Positions 1 to 10,302 of a stretch of DNA of 64,000 bases are shown here, in pieces. A program made the position numbers and the translations under genes. Each line of letters begins with the position of its first letter. Position 1 is the first letter of the stretch. The notes beneath the pieces are model-generated. The model was given only the letters and a program-made list of their open reading frames with translations, made no database searches and had not been told where the DNA came from. Origin of the DNA: Candidatus Falkowbacteria bacterium (GTDB taxonomy: Bacteria > Patescibacteriota > Patescibacteriia > XYB2-FULL-38-15); contig JACRNW010000006.1 of the NCBI GenBank assembly GCA_016214745.1, forward strand, positions 13,367 through 77,366. The letters are read 5' to 3'.

Positions 1-565
1 GCTCAAGAGCAATTTCCCTATGACGCCGAGGCACATCAAATGTTTTCCCGATTTTATATTGCTTACTGTATTGTTCTTTTACCATGTAAACAAATCCGTC
101 AGTTTTTTCTAAATCTGATATTTCAGAATTATCATCGTAAGTTGTTGGCTTGGTATCTGGTAAAAACTGAAGAATGTCTGAATATTCGCTATTATCAGTT
201 GCATAGTTTCTAACAAGCTCAAGTCGCTTGCTGGCATTGCCGAGGCGAAAAATAGCCTCATAGCTTGGGAAAGATTCATTTATCCTTTTTTCTATTTTCA
301 TGTCAGACTGTGCCGGAAATTGTTTGTTTTTTCGAGTTAATAAAATGATGCTATGAATCATGAACTCATTGCTGTAAGCTTTTTTCATTTCATTTTTTTC
401 GAGACCTGCTTCTTTGATAGCAGAGTTCCAGCTGCGCCAATATTTTCCCAACCAAGCACTATTTGGTATCCCAGTTAATTTACAAAATTTCCGTATGCCT
501 AATGGTTTGCCCCCATTTTCATCGGCGGTACGTTTGATTTCTAAAATTATTTCTTCTTTTGTCAT
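1..565 (-). CDS. T5orf172 (GIY-YIG-like) domain protein, C-terminally truncated by the window edge
   Basis: Minus-strand ORF starts at ATG (565-563) and is still open at position 1. Its C-terminal part reads GFVYMVKEQYSKQYKIGKTFDVPRRHREIALE, which fits the T5orf172 motif (G.VY...YKIG.T...R..E). It is missing from the supplied ORF track. Confidence 0.45.
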   Translation of the reverse strand, partial: MTKEEIILEIKRTADENGGKPLGIRKFCKLTGIPNSAWLGKYWRSWNSAIKEAGLEKNEMKKAYSNEFMIHSIILLTRKNKQFPAQSDMKIEKRINESFPSYEAIFRLGNASKRLELVRNYATDNSEYSDILQFLPDTKPTTYDDNSEISDLEKTDGFVYMVKEQYSKQYKIGKTFDVPRRHREIALE

Positions 566-593
566 ATTTAATCTATTATTTAGATGTTTTTTC

Positions 594-1142
594 TTACACT
601 TGCACTTCTTTGCCGCCGGTCGCGACTCGGCCGCCTTGCCACTGGCCGCGGTATTGGTTGCCTTCGCCCAAAACTTCGTGAAAAGTGATGTGAACAACGC
701 GCGCGCCGAAAGAAATTTTAATATTTGATTTTCCGAGATTGCAGAGTCCAAAAGTCAACTCACCCTGATACCCGGGTTGAACGATGCCATTAAAGAGTCC
801 CAGTCCGGAGCGGAAGAGAGTTGTGCGCGGGAAAATAATGCCGGAAACGGTAACGGGCAAATTTACTTTTTCCATCGTCTTTACCAAATAATATTTTCCC
901 GGTTCAAAAACAAAAGAATTATCGCGTTCGGATTTTCCTTCTTCATTTTTTGCCACCAATTTTATGGCCGGAGTGTTTCGTTCTTCCACTCCCAAAAATC
1001 CATCGCCCTCAAGTTCGTAAATTTCTCCGAGCCGCAAATCAAAACCTGCGCCTTCGGGATTATTTTTTTCCCGGTCGCATAAATTTTCCACCAAATTCAT
1101 TTCTTTAACCAATTCGTGTAATTTTTTTATTCCAAGAATCAT
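594..1142 (-). CDS. dcd: dCTP deaminase (Dcd/dUTPase fold)
   Basis: 182 aa with the Dcd-like motifs GFDLRLG...YEL and VQPGYQGELTFGL. The C-terminal 15 aa are encoded by an unusually GC-rich stretch. Confidence 0.65.
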   Translation of the reverse strand: MILGIKKLHELVKEMNLVENLCDREKNNPEGAGFDLRLGEIYELEGDGFLGVEERNTPAIKLVAKNEEGKSERDNSFVFEPGKYYLVKTMEKVNLPVTVSGIIFPRTTLFRSGLGLFNGIVQPGYQGELTFGLCNLGKSNIKISFGARVVHITFHEVLGEGNQYRGQWQGGRVATGGKEVQV

Positions 1143-1236
1143 ATTTTCTAATTACCGTGGAGTTCAGGCTTTAGCCTGTACGTTGCGGCGTTCGTAAAAT
1201 ACACCCTAAAGGGTGAACTCCTATCGATTATAAAGT

Positions 1237-1767
1237 TTATTTTGTAAAATCAATATTGCAATAAACCGGGCCGTCGTATTTCCTGATTTTAATTCCTCGT
1301 TTGTCGGCCAACTCTTGCGCTTCGTTTTCTTCTTCTTTTCCTTCGCCGCCGGTTTTTATCCGTTCGTATTTTTCAAAATAAACTATTTCTTTCACGCCAA
1401 CGTTGTTAAACGCTTTCATACAGTCGTAACAAGGATAAAGAGCGGTATAAACCGTTGCCCCGTTTAATCTTCTCGTATCCTGCGCGTTGATAATGCTATT
1501 TATTTCGGCATGCGCGCCGCGGCAGCGTTTTAATTTTTTAGTAATGGGATCGCCGTCAACTTTCGCGCAACCGACTTCTAAACAATGGTCATCGCCGGCG
1601 GTCGGACCGTTGTAACCCATAGAAACAATTCTTTTATTTGTATCAACCACGACAACTCCGGCGGTATGAAATTTACAGGCGGTGCGTTGCGCGACAATCA
1701 GCGCTAAATTCATAAAAGTTTCGTCCCAAGACAAGCGGTTTTTTCTAGGATTTTGTAAATTACCCAT
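1237..1767 (-). CDS. comEB: dCMP deaminase (cytidine/deoxycytidylate deaminase, zinc-binding)
   Basis: 176 aa with the HAE zinc-ligand motif (CRGAHAEINSI) and the PCxxC motif (YPCYDCMKAF). Confidence 0.8.
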   Translation of the reverse strand: MGNLQNPRKNRLSWDETFMNLALIVAQRTACKFHTAGVVVVDTNKRIVSMGYNGPTAGDDHCLEVGCAKVDGDPITKKLKRCRGAHAEINSIINAQDTRRLNGATVYTALYPCYDCMKAFNNVGVKEIVYFEKYERIKTGGEGKEEENEAQELADKRGIKIRKYDGPVYCNIDFTK

Positions 1768-1860
1768 ATAATTTTATATGTTAGTTAGTCCCTCTATTTT
1801 AGCAAAACGAAAAAGATTAGGCAATTAAAATCAAGGGGGTTGGATAGTGTTAAAATTAAC

Positions 1861-1895
1861 AAAAAAACACCCCGGTTTAGAGGGTGTTTTTCTAT
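1861..1895 (-). terminator. Rho-independent terminator downstream of rplA; hairpin flanked by A-run and T-run, so it can act in both directions
   Basis: aaaaaaacaccccggtttagagggtgtttttc: stem acaccc/gggtgt with a T-run when read on the minus strand. Confidence 0.5.
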
Positions 1896-1906
1896 AGAAA
1901 TTTTAA

Positions 1907-2584
1907 TTACACACTAAGTTTTATTGCCGGACCCATGGTCGTGCAGAGAACGGCGGTTTGGATGTAGACGCCTTTGGCCGCAGCCGGTTTGGCTTTTTTT
2001 ACCGCTTCAATAAACATCGTCAGGTTTTCCAAAAGTTTTTCTTTATCATAGGAAACCTTGCCGAGTAATTGATGGATATTTCCACCGTCGTCGTTTTTGA
2101 AATTAATTTTTCCCTTTTTCAGTTCACTGATGATTTTTTTGATATTTGGATTAACAGTTTCTGTTTTTGGATTTGGCATCAAACCCTTTGGACCCAAAAT
2201 TTTCGCGATTTGCGCCAATTTTGACATCATAGTCGGCGTCGCCACCGCGATTTCAAAATTAGCTCTTTCTGAAGATTTAATCTCTTTAATCAAATCTTCG
2301 CCGCCGACAATTTCCGCGCCGGCCTCTTTGGCTTCTTTTTCCAAAGCCGGTTCAACAAAAGCGGCGATTTTTTTGGTCTTGCCAATGCCGTGCGGCAAAA
2401 CTAAAGTACCGCGCACTAACTGTTCGCCCTTTTTAGGATCAATGCCGAGTTTGATGTGGACTTCCACGCCGGCATCAAATTTTTCCTTAGGGCCATTTTT
2501 GATTAGATCCAAGGCCTCCGCAAAAGAATAACTCTTTTTTGGATCAATGGATTTTTTTACTTCTTGATAGCGTTTTCCGCGCAT
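1907..2584 (-). CDS. rplA: 50S ribosomal protein L1
   Basis: 225 aa, L1 family throughout (MRGKRYQEVKK...GKTKKIAAF...ATPTMM). Confidence 0.9.
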   Translation of the reverse strand: MRGKRYQEVKKSIDPKKSYSFAEALDLIKNGPKEKFDAGVEVHIKLGIDPKKGEQLVRGTLVLPHGIGKTKKIAAFVEPALEKEAKEAGAEIVGGEDLIKEIKSSERANFEIAVATPTMMSKLAQIAKILGPKGLMPNPKTETVNPNIKKIISELKKGKINFKNDDGGNIHQLLGKVSYDKEKLLENLTMFIEAVKKAKPAAAKGVYIQTAVLCTTMGPAIKLSV

Positions 2585-2636
2585 AAGTTTTTTGGTGTGG
2601 TGTTAACGCCCCGAATGGAGCTCCCACTGTTATTAA

Positions 2637-2747
2637 CTACAAATTACAAATTTTGATACAAATATACAAATTCTTGCTTACATGTTGATCTAATAAAAAT
2701 ATACTTTATCGCTATTTGTATATTTGTAAATGATTTGTAATTTGTAG
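2637..2747. repeat. Palindromic intergenic element family P1, copy 1 (inverted relative to copies 2 and 4)
   Basis: The ends ctacaaattacaaat and atttgtaatttgtag are reverse complements. The internal sequence matches copies at 4763-4867, 34918-35026 and 58649-58772. Confidence 0.8.
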
Positions 2748-2752
2748 AGTTA

Positions 2753-3196
2753 TTAAACTTCTTTGTTGTTATTTTCTTTTGATTCTTTGGTTTCTTTGCT
2801 AATCATTTTCCAGTGCCACAAGAATAGGGGAATGGCGACAAGGAGCATGGAAATGTCGCGAACGGCATTTTTCTGTTTTCTCGCGACTTTCATAATTCCT
2901 TGTTGGTCCTGCCAATTTTTATAATCAACGAGCCAGTTTTGAATTTGTTGTTTTTCGTCGGCTGTTAAATCACATTTATCTGCGCAGCGTTCGGCTGTTT
3001 GGCCAAGTTTTATTTCAGATGTCATGAGGTACGGGACTGGCGGCGCCCAATCGTCGGCTTTATCCGCGGTTTTAAAAACCCAGGTTTTGAGCCCGAGATT
3101 CGCGAGATCAACTGTTCCCCAAACAATCATCATTAAAGCAATCAAGGCAATTAGGTAGAAATAAACCGTTCGGATTGAGCTTAGTTTAAAAGCCAT
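2753..3196 (-). CDS. hypothetical membrane protein (2 TM) inserted between rplA and rplK
   Basis: 147-aa ORF with hydrophobic N- and C-terminal segments. No family recognised. Confidence 0.4.
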   Translation of the reverse strand: MAFKLSSIRTVYFYLIALIALMMIVWGTVDLANLGLKTWVFKTADKADDWAPPVPYLMTSEIKLGQTAERCADKCDLTADEKQQIQNWLVDYKNWQDQQGIMKVARKQKNAVRDISMLLVAIPLFLWHWKMISKETKESKENNNKEV

Positions 3197-3199
3197 AGA

Positions 3200-3285
3200 T
3201 TTAGTTAAATAGTTAATCAGTTAAATGGTTAAGTAGTTTTGTCGAAGGCAGTCACCGATTAACTGAGTAACTGATTAGCCAACTA
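3200..3285. repeat. Palindromic intergenic element family P2 (gttaatcagtt...aactgattaac), copy 1
   Basis: Inverted arms agttaaatagttaatcagttaaatggttaag / cgattaactgagtaactgattagccaactatt. Related copies at 8956-9083 and 61178-61286. Confidence 0.7.
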
Positions 3286-3700
3286 TTTCCAAACCCATTT
3301 GCCGCGCCGTGCCTTCAATAATTCTCATCGCCGCGTCAATATCATGAGCGTTTAAGTCGGGCATTTTTTTCTCGGCGATTTCCCGGACTTGCGCCCTGGT
3401 AACCTTGCCGACTTTTTCCTGAAGCGGTTTTCCGGAACCCTTTTCAATTCCCGCGGCTTTTTTCAAAAGTTCGGCCGCCGGAGGGGTTTTTAAAACAAAG
3501 GTGTAGGTGCGGTCCTCAAAAACAGTGATTTCCGCCGGAATGATGTCGCCAGCCATTTTCGCGGTCGCGGCGTTGAACTTTGAGCAGAATTCAGCGATAT
3601 TCAAACCATGCTGGCCGAGCGCCGGGCCGATTGGCGGCGCGGGATTTGCCTTGCCGGCTGGGATTTGTAATTTTATTACTGTTTTAATTTTTTTAGCCAT
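3275..3700 (-). CDS. rplK: 50S ribosomal protein L11
   Basis: 141 aa: [35 protein letters not shown]. Confidence 0.9.
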   Translation of the reverse strand: MAKKIKTVIKLQIPAGKANPAPPIGPALGQHGLNIAEFCSKFNAATAKMAGDIIPAEITVFEDRTYTFVLKTPPAAELLKKAAGIEKGSGKPLQEKVGKVTRAQVREIAEKKMPDLNAHDIDAAMRIIEGTARQMGLEIVG

Positions 3701-3707
3701 AGAACTC

Positions 3708-3785
3708 GATGCGAATTTACGAATTAATGCGAATGAAACGAATAATTCGTATTATTCGTATACATTCGTATATTTGTATCGCTAC
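3708..3785. repeat. Cargo-less imperfect palindrome related to the termini of the GxxExxY cassette at 22285-22650
   Basis: gcgaatttacgaattaatgcgaatgaaacgaata + attcgtattattcgtatacattcgtata. The reverse complement of the left arm (tattcgtttcattcgcattaattcgtaaatt) nearly equals 22635-22665 (tattcgtatcattcgcattaattcgtaaatt). Confidence 0.6.
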
Positions 3786-3787
3786 AT

Positions 3788-4333
3788 TTATATTTTTTTA
3801 ACTTGTAAAAAATCTAATTCCACCGGAGTTTCGCGGCCGAACATGCTAACCAACACTTTAACTTTGCCGCGAGCTTCGTCAATGGCTGAAATTTTTCCTT
3901 CAAAACCTTTGAACGGTCCATCGTTAATTTTAACCGGCGCGCCAACCGTGACGTCAATTTTATATTGAGGTTCTTCTTCGCCCATTCTTTTCTGCAAAAC
4001 TTTTATTTCTTCATCGGAAAGGGGGGTCGGAATCGTGCCCGTACCGATAAATCCCGTAACGTTCGGAGTGTTTCTGACCACATACCACGAATCGTCGGTA
4101 ACGAGCATTTCCACCAAAACGTAACCCGGGAAAATTTTTTCAATGACCGTCCGGCGTTTGCCGTTTTTTATTTTTATCTTTTTCTCGGTAGGAATCAAGA
4201 CATTGAAAATCTTGTCCTGCATTGCCATGGATTCAATTCTTTGTTTTAAATTATGGGCGACGTTTTCTTCGTATCCGGAATAAGTGTGAATCGCATACCA
4301 GCGCCGGCCTCTTTGGGCTATTTGTTTAGGCAT
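3788..4333 (-). CDS. nusG: transcription termination/antitermination factor NusG
   Basis: 181 aa with an NGN domain and a C-terminal KOW motif (GPFKGFEGKISAIDEARGKVKVLVSMFGRETPVEL). Confidence 0.85.
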   Translation of the reverse strand: MPKQIAQRGRRWYAIHTYSGYEENVAHNLKQRIESMAMQDKIFNVLIPTEKKIKIKNGKRRTVIEKIFPGYVLVEMLVTDDSWYVVRNTPNVTGFIGTGTIPTPLSDEEIKVLQKRMGEEEPQYKIDVTVGAPVKINDGPFKGFEGKISAIDEARGKVKVLVSMFGRETPVELDFLQVKKI

Positions 4334-4334
4334 A

Positions 4335-4380
4335 AATAAAATTCAAAAGTCAAAATTCAAAATTCAAAAATTTTGGATTA
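4335..4380. repeat. AT-rich simple hairpin repeat (aaattcaaaa units), family P4
   Basis: aaaattcaaaagtcaaaattcaaaattcaaaaattttggatt. Similar low-complexity hairpins at 28741-28885 and 31021-31095. Confidence 0.5.
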
Positions 4381-4381
4381 G

Positions 4382-4576
4382 TTATTTTATGTACTTTTCC
4401 AAAAGCCAGGTGAAAAGAAAGTCCAGTGCTCCCAAAAAAGCGGCCACGCCCAAACTTATGCCAATCACAACCAGGGTGTGGTTTATTGTTTCCCGTCTTG
4501 TCGGCCAGACGACTTTTTTCAATTCCTGATACGACTCCCGAAGGTAATTTGTTAATTTGTTTTCAGCAAGTGTCAT
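4382..4576 (-). CDS. secE: preprotein translocase subunit SecE
   Basis: 64 aa with a single C-terminal TM, immediately upstream of nusG in the conserved secE-nusG-rplK-rplA order. Confidence 0.6.
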   Translation of the reverse strand: MTLAENKLTNYLRESYQELKKVVWPTRRETINHTLVVIGISLGVAAFLGALDFLFTWLLEKYIK

Positions 4577-4762
4577 TTATTTTTTCTGCGTTTTTCGGCG
4601 TTATTATCGGCGTTTTTCTGCGGGAATGATAATTTATAGAAGCAGATTTACGCGGATCAAAACGCGGATTTACGCGGAAGATTTTAAGGTTTTTAAAACA
4701 GCCCTGGGGGCTATTTAGGATTAGTATAGCACAGGTTAAAAATAGCGCAAGATCCACTCTGC

Positions 4763-4867
4763 GAATTACAAATTATTTACAAATTTACAAATAACGGAAA
4801 AATGAGTTTTACCAAATTAACGTGTTAGCAAGAATTTGTATATTTGTACCGAATTTGTAATTTGTAG
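4763..4867. repeat. Palindromic intergenic element family P1, copy 2
   Basis: gaattacaaattatttacaaatttacaaataacgg...aattaacgtgttagcaagaatttgtatatttgtaccgaatttgtaatttgtag, directly after the gyrB stop. Confidence 0.8.
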
Positions 4868-4871
4868 TTGA

Positions 4872-6956
<2,085 letters not shown>

Positions 6957-7043
6957 CTAATATTTATTAAGTTATTATAGCATAGAATATTTTATAAAAC
7001 AAGGGGACAAAAGCCCCTCTAAAAGAAGTTTTATAGATAAACT

Positions 7044-7097
7044 TGCCCAGCTTTCGCTGGGAATCCAGAAAAAACGGAATCCCGACGAAAGTCGGGC
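7044..7097. repeat. GC-rich double-hairpin unit G2 (cccagc-UUUC-gctggg ... cccgac-GAAA-gtcggg)
   Basis: gcccagctttcgctgggaatccagaaaaaacggaatcccgacgaaagtcggg. An almost identical unit and a half lie at 31891-31970. Confidence 0.7.
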
Positions 7098-7173
7098 AAT
7101 CTGCAGCCGTTCGCCCAGATTTTATTTTTTTGCTATAATGAAGATGTAATTTACAAATCTTGTTTTTAAAGAT

Positions 7174-8067
7174 ATGGCTACGGGAATTGAAGGAAGAATG
7201 GCCGCGGAGTTGGATCGCCGGCGGGTTTGGGGCTACACTGACGACGAAAATTTTAATCGGGAAATTGCTCAGCCGTGGAAGAGATCGGCGTTTGATCCGT
7301 ACGAGTTTATCGGCAAACCTTATCCGCGAGGGGAAGTGGAAGGAGATTTGAAAAAAATTGATGATATTAAAAAATCCCCGGATTTTAGGCATGAGCGGGG
7401 GAGCGAGACAGTCGCCCTGGAATATGTTTTGATGGATGGAATAAAAGTTCACGGTTGGTTTGGCGATGAAGTTGAATCAGTCCGGAAAACTTCAGAATAC
7501 GATGACGTAAAAAACGGAGTTGATTTTGTCGTAACTTTTTACGACGAAGAAAGCGGTCAGTTTGTTAATCTGGCCATTGACGCCACTACCGCCGTCGACC
7601 GTTTTGTTTTGGACAGGAAAAAAGAAAGAATTTTCAGAAAATTGGGATTTGGAGAAATGGCCAAAGTGAAATATTTTGAAGACCCGGACGGAAATCGGGG
7701 AAAAGTGGAAATGCCTTGCGTCGTTTTGGCTTTGGGACCCGAAAAAACTTTTGAACTTCAAAAAATGCTTGTTGCCGGATCGCGCGAGGAAAAATTTGCA
7801 CCGGAAATGTTTGATTTTTTGGATTCCGCGAGCGAGCAACTGTTTGGATTTATAAATTACACCTTGCATCGGCGCGGATTTTTGGCCCGCGAGAGAGAAC
7901 TTAAAAATTTGGGAGAGATAGCCGGGTTTATGGACCGGCATAGGGGAGATATTGATGAGCCGACGGAAAAAATTATTGACAGCCATTTTGCCGCGTTAAA
8001 AATTATTGGTATGGCCGCGGCGAGAAAGAGAATCGAGCGACAAATTACGCGGGAATCAATACATTAA
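7174..8067 (+). CDS. hypothetical protein
   Basis: 297-aa ORF with non-repetitive composition. No family recognised. Confidence 0.45.
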   Translation: MATGIEGRMAAELDRRRVWGYTDDENFNREIAQPWKRSAFDPYEFIGKPYPRGEVEGDLKKIDDIKKSPDFRHERGSETVALEYVLMDGIKVHGWFGDEVESVRKTSEYDDVKNGVDFVVTFYDEESGQFVNLAIDATTAVDRFVLDRKKERIFRKLGFGEMAKVKYFEDPDGNRGKVEMPCVVLALGPEKTFELQKMLVAGSREEKFAPEMFDFLDSASEQLFGFINYTLHRRGFLARERELKNLGEIAGFMDRHRGDIDEPTEKIIDSHFAALKIIGMAAARKRIERQITRESIH

Positions 8068-8085
8068 AAAAGTAATCATAAAAAT

Positions 8086-8955
8086 ATGGCCATCCAAGAT
8101 CAGCCGACAGATTTTTCCGAAGGTCAATTAAAATTCGCTTCATGGTACGTTTCCCACAAAATTTTATTGAAGAAAATTTTGATTGGTTTTTTGATATTTT
8201 TAAATGCCATTCTTTTGGGCTACGGACTTTACGGACTTGTAAACTACTATTTTATTGAAGGACCGAAATTCGCGGCGGAAATGAGGGAACTTTCCAGCCC
8301 CATTGATTATTCCGCCATAAATCAGGCCGCGGCGCCAAAGAATTTTGAAATCGGAACGACGACGATTTTTTCTTCAGGAAAAGAGAGATATGATTTTGTC
8401 GCGAAAATTTTTAATCCGAACAGCGGCTGGCGGGCCGAATTCACTTACGACTTTTTGGTGGACGGAACGGCGCGTTTGGAGAAGAATGGTTTTACTTTAC
8501 CGGGTGAAGAAAAATTTATTTTTGATTTGGGCGTTTCGGCAAAAAGCAAACCTCGCCAGGCGGTTTTAGAAATAAAAAATTTACAATGGAAGAGGATAAA
8601 CGTCCATGAAATTCCCGATTACGCCGCCTGGCAAGACGAACGCTTGAATTTCATTGTTGAAAATGTAAAATTTACGCCGGCCGCAGTTCAGGAAAATGCG
8701 CTTTCCATCAGCCGGGCTTCATTTACGGCGAGAAACGCCTCGGCCTTTAGTTTTTGGGACGTGGGTTTTGCCGTTCTTCTTTATCGCGGCAGTTCACTCG
8801 CGGGCGTAAATTACATAACTCTTGAAGAATTCCGTTCTGGACAAAACCGTCCGGTTGAAGTAAGTTGGTTTGAGACATTGCCGTCAATAAGCCAGGTAAA
8901 AGTCATGCCGGAAGTGAATATTTTTGATCCGAAAGTGTTCATGCCAGTGGATTAA
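8086..8955 (+). CDS. hypothetical membrane-anchored protein
   Basis: 289 aa with an N-terminal TM (ILLKKILIGFLIFLNAILLGYGLYGLV) followed by a soluble domain. Confidence 0.45.
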   Translation: MAIQDQPTDFSEGQLKFASWYVSHKILLKKILIGFLIFLNAILLGYGLYGLVNYYFIEGPKFAAEMRELSSPIDYSAINQAAAPKNFEIGTTTIFSSGKERYDFVAKIFNPNSGWRAEFTYDFLVDGTARLEKNGFTLPGEEKFIFDLGVSAKSKPRQAVLEIKNLQWKRINVHEIPDYAAWQDERLNFIVENVKFTPAAVQENALSISRASFTARNASAFSFWDVGFAVLLYRGSSLAGVNYITLEEFRSGQNRPVEVSWFETLPSISQVKVMPEVNIFDPKVFMPVD

Positions 8956-9083
8956 AGTCAGTTAATCTGTTAATCAGTTGATTAGTTAATCAGTTTTTGG
9001 TTTTGTTGGGTAGTTTTTGTTTGTGGCAATTTAGTCGCCATTTTTTTAACTGATTAACTATTTAACCATTTAACTATTTAACC
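8956..9083. repeat. Palindromic intergenic element family P2, copy 2
   Basis: gtcagttaatctgttaatcagttgattagttaatcagtt...ttaactgattaactatttaaccatttaactatttaacc. Confidence 0.7.
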
Positions 9084-9086
9084 AAA

Positions 9087-10181
9087 GTGCTCTCGCGGTA
9101 TTTTTCATTTTTAAAACGTTTTGACTGGGTACTCGCGACTTCAGTATTTTTGCTTATGGTTTTAAGTTTAGTCGCGCTTTACAGCATTTCTTTAAGCAAA
9201 GCCCCGCCGGATTTTTTAAATTTTAATAAGCAGTTGATTTTTATTTTTGTCGGCTTGGCGGGATTTTTTGTTCTTAGTATTTTGGATTATAAGTGGTTGA
9301 AATTTTACAGTTTTCCCATTTACGGTCTGGCGATGATTTTGTTAATCGCTGTTTTGATTTTTGGCCAGGTTATTCGCGGAACTCAGGGTTGGTTTGGTTT
9401 TGGTTGGTTTAATTTTCAGCCGGTGGAAGTGGCGAAACTTGCCATGATTATTTTTTTGGCGAAATATTTTTCCCGCGGGGCGCATGAAATTTTTAATTTT
9501 AAATATATCGCGATAAGCGGAGTTTTTTCAGGAGTTTTGATCGGTTTAGTTTTGCTGCAGCCGGATTTTGGTTCGGCGTTGGTTCTTTTTTTCTTGTGGC
9601 TCGCGATGTTATTTTTAATTGGAATAAAGAGATCGCACTTGATTTTACTTTTAGTTTTGGTTGCGGTGCTTCTCGCCGGTTCGTGGTTTTTTGTTTTTCA
9701 GGATTATCAAAAAGAAAGAGTTTTGAGTTTTTTTGACGCTTCGCGCGATCCGCTCGGCCGCGGCTACAATATTACTCAGGCGCAGATTGCCGTCGGTTCG
9801 GGCCAAATGCTCGGCCGAGGAATTGGTTTTGGACCGCAAAGCCAATTGCGTTTCGTTCCGGAAAGCCAGACGGATTTTATTTTCGCCGTTTTAGCCGAAG
9901 AATTGGGTTTTTTGGGCGCGGCGCTTATTCTTGCTCTTTGGGGCGTTATTTTTTGGCGGGTTGTCCGAATCGCGAGACGCGCCCGCGACGATTTCAGCTT
10001 ATTTTTCGCGGCCGGTACAGCGATTGTCTTTTTGATTCAGATTTTTATTAATATTGGTATGACAGTCGGAGTAGCGCCGGTGACCGGTATTTCTTTGCCG
10101 TTTTTAAGTTATGGCGGCAGCGCGCTGGTCGTAAATTTAGCGATGGTCGGGATTTTAGAGAGTATTGCGGCAAGATCGTAA
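9087..10181 (+). CDS. SEDS-family peptidoglycan glycosyltransferase (RodA/FtsW)
   Basis: 364 aa, polytopic, with conserved SEDS segments (QPVEVAKLAMIIFLAKYF; PESQTDFIFAVLAEELGFLG; LPFLSYGGSALV). Confidence 0.8.
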   Translation: MLSRYFSFLKRFDWVLATSVFLLMVLSLVALYSISLSKAPPDFLNFNKQLIFIFVGLAGFFVLSILDYKWLKFYSFPIYGLAMILLIAVLIFGQVIRGTQGWFGFGWFNFQPVEVAKLAMIIFLAKYFSRGAHEIFNFKYIAISGVFSGVLIGLVLLQPDFGSALVLFFLWLAMLFLIGIKRSHLILLLVLVAVLLAGSWFFVFQDYQKERVLSFFDASRDPLGRGYNITQAQIAVGSGQMLGRGIGFGPQSQLRFVPESQTDFIFAVLAEELGFLGAALILALWGVIFWRVVRIARRARDDFSLFFAAGTAIVFLIQIFINIGMTVGVAPVTGISLPFLSYGGSALVVNLAMVGILESIAARS

Positions 10182-10302
10182 ATTAGAAAATAGAAAGTAG
10201 AAAATAGAATTTAGAATCGGCCACTTGACGATTTCGGTGTTTGCTGCTAACATCTAATTATCGTATTTTTTAAAATAATTAATTCATAAATAGAGAATTC
10301 TT

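Noticed and set aside
414-728. 104-aa plus-strand ORF
   Set aside because: It overlaps the 3' end of dcd and the 5' end of the T5orf172 gene on the opposite strand, has no SD, and has hydrophobic low-complexity composition.
594-1767. dcd + dCMP deaminase pair as a nucleotide-depletion anti-phage system (next to T5orf172)
   Set aside because: Both are ordinary single-domain pyrimidine-metabolism enzymes, with no kinase or other accessory domains as in defensive deaminases, so housekeeping dUMP supply is the simpler reading.
6967-7452. 161-aa minus-strand ORF
   Set aside because: It spans the G2 repeat and overlaps the start of the well-formed plus-strand gene at 7174. Its composition is typical of AT-rich antisense frames.
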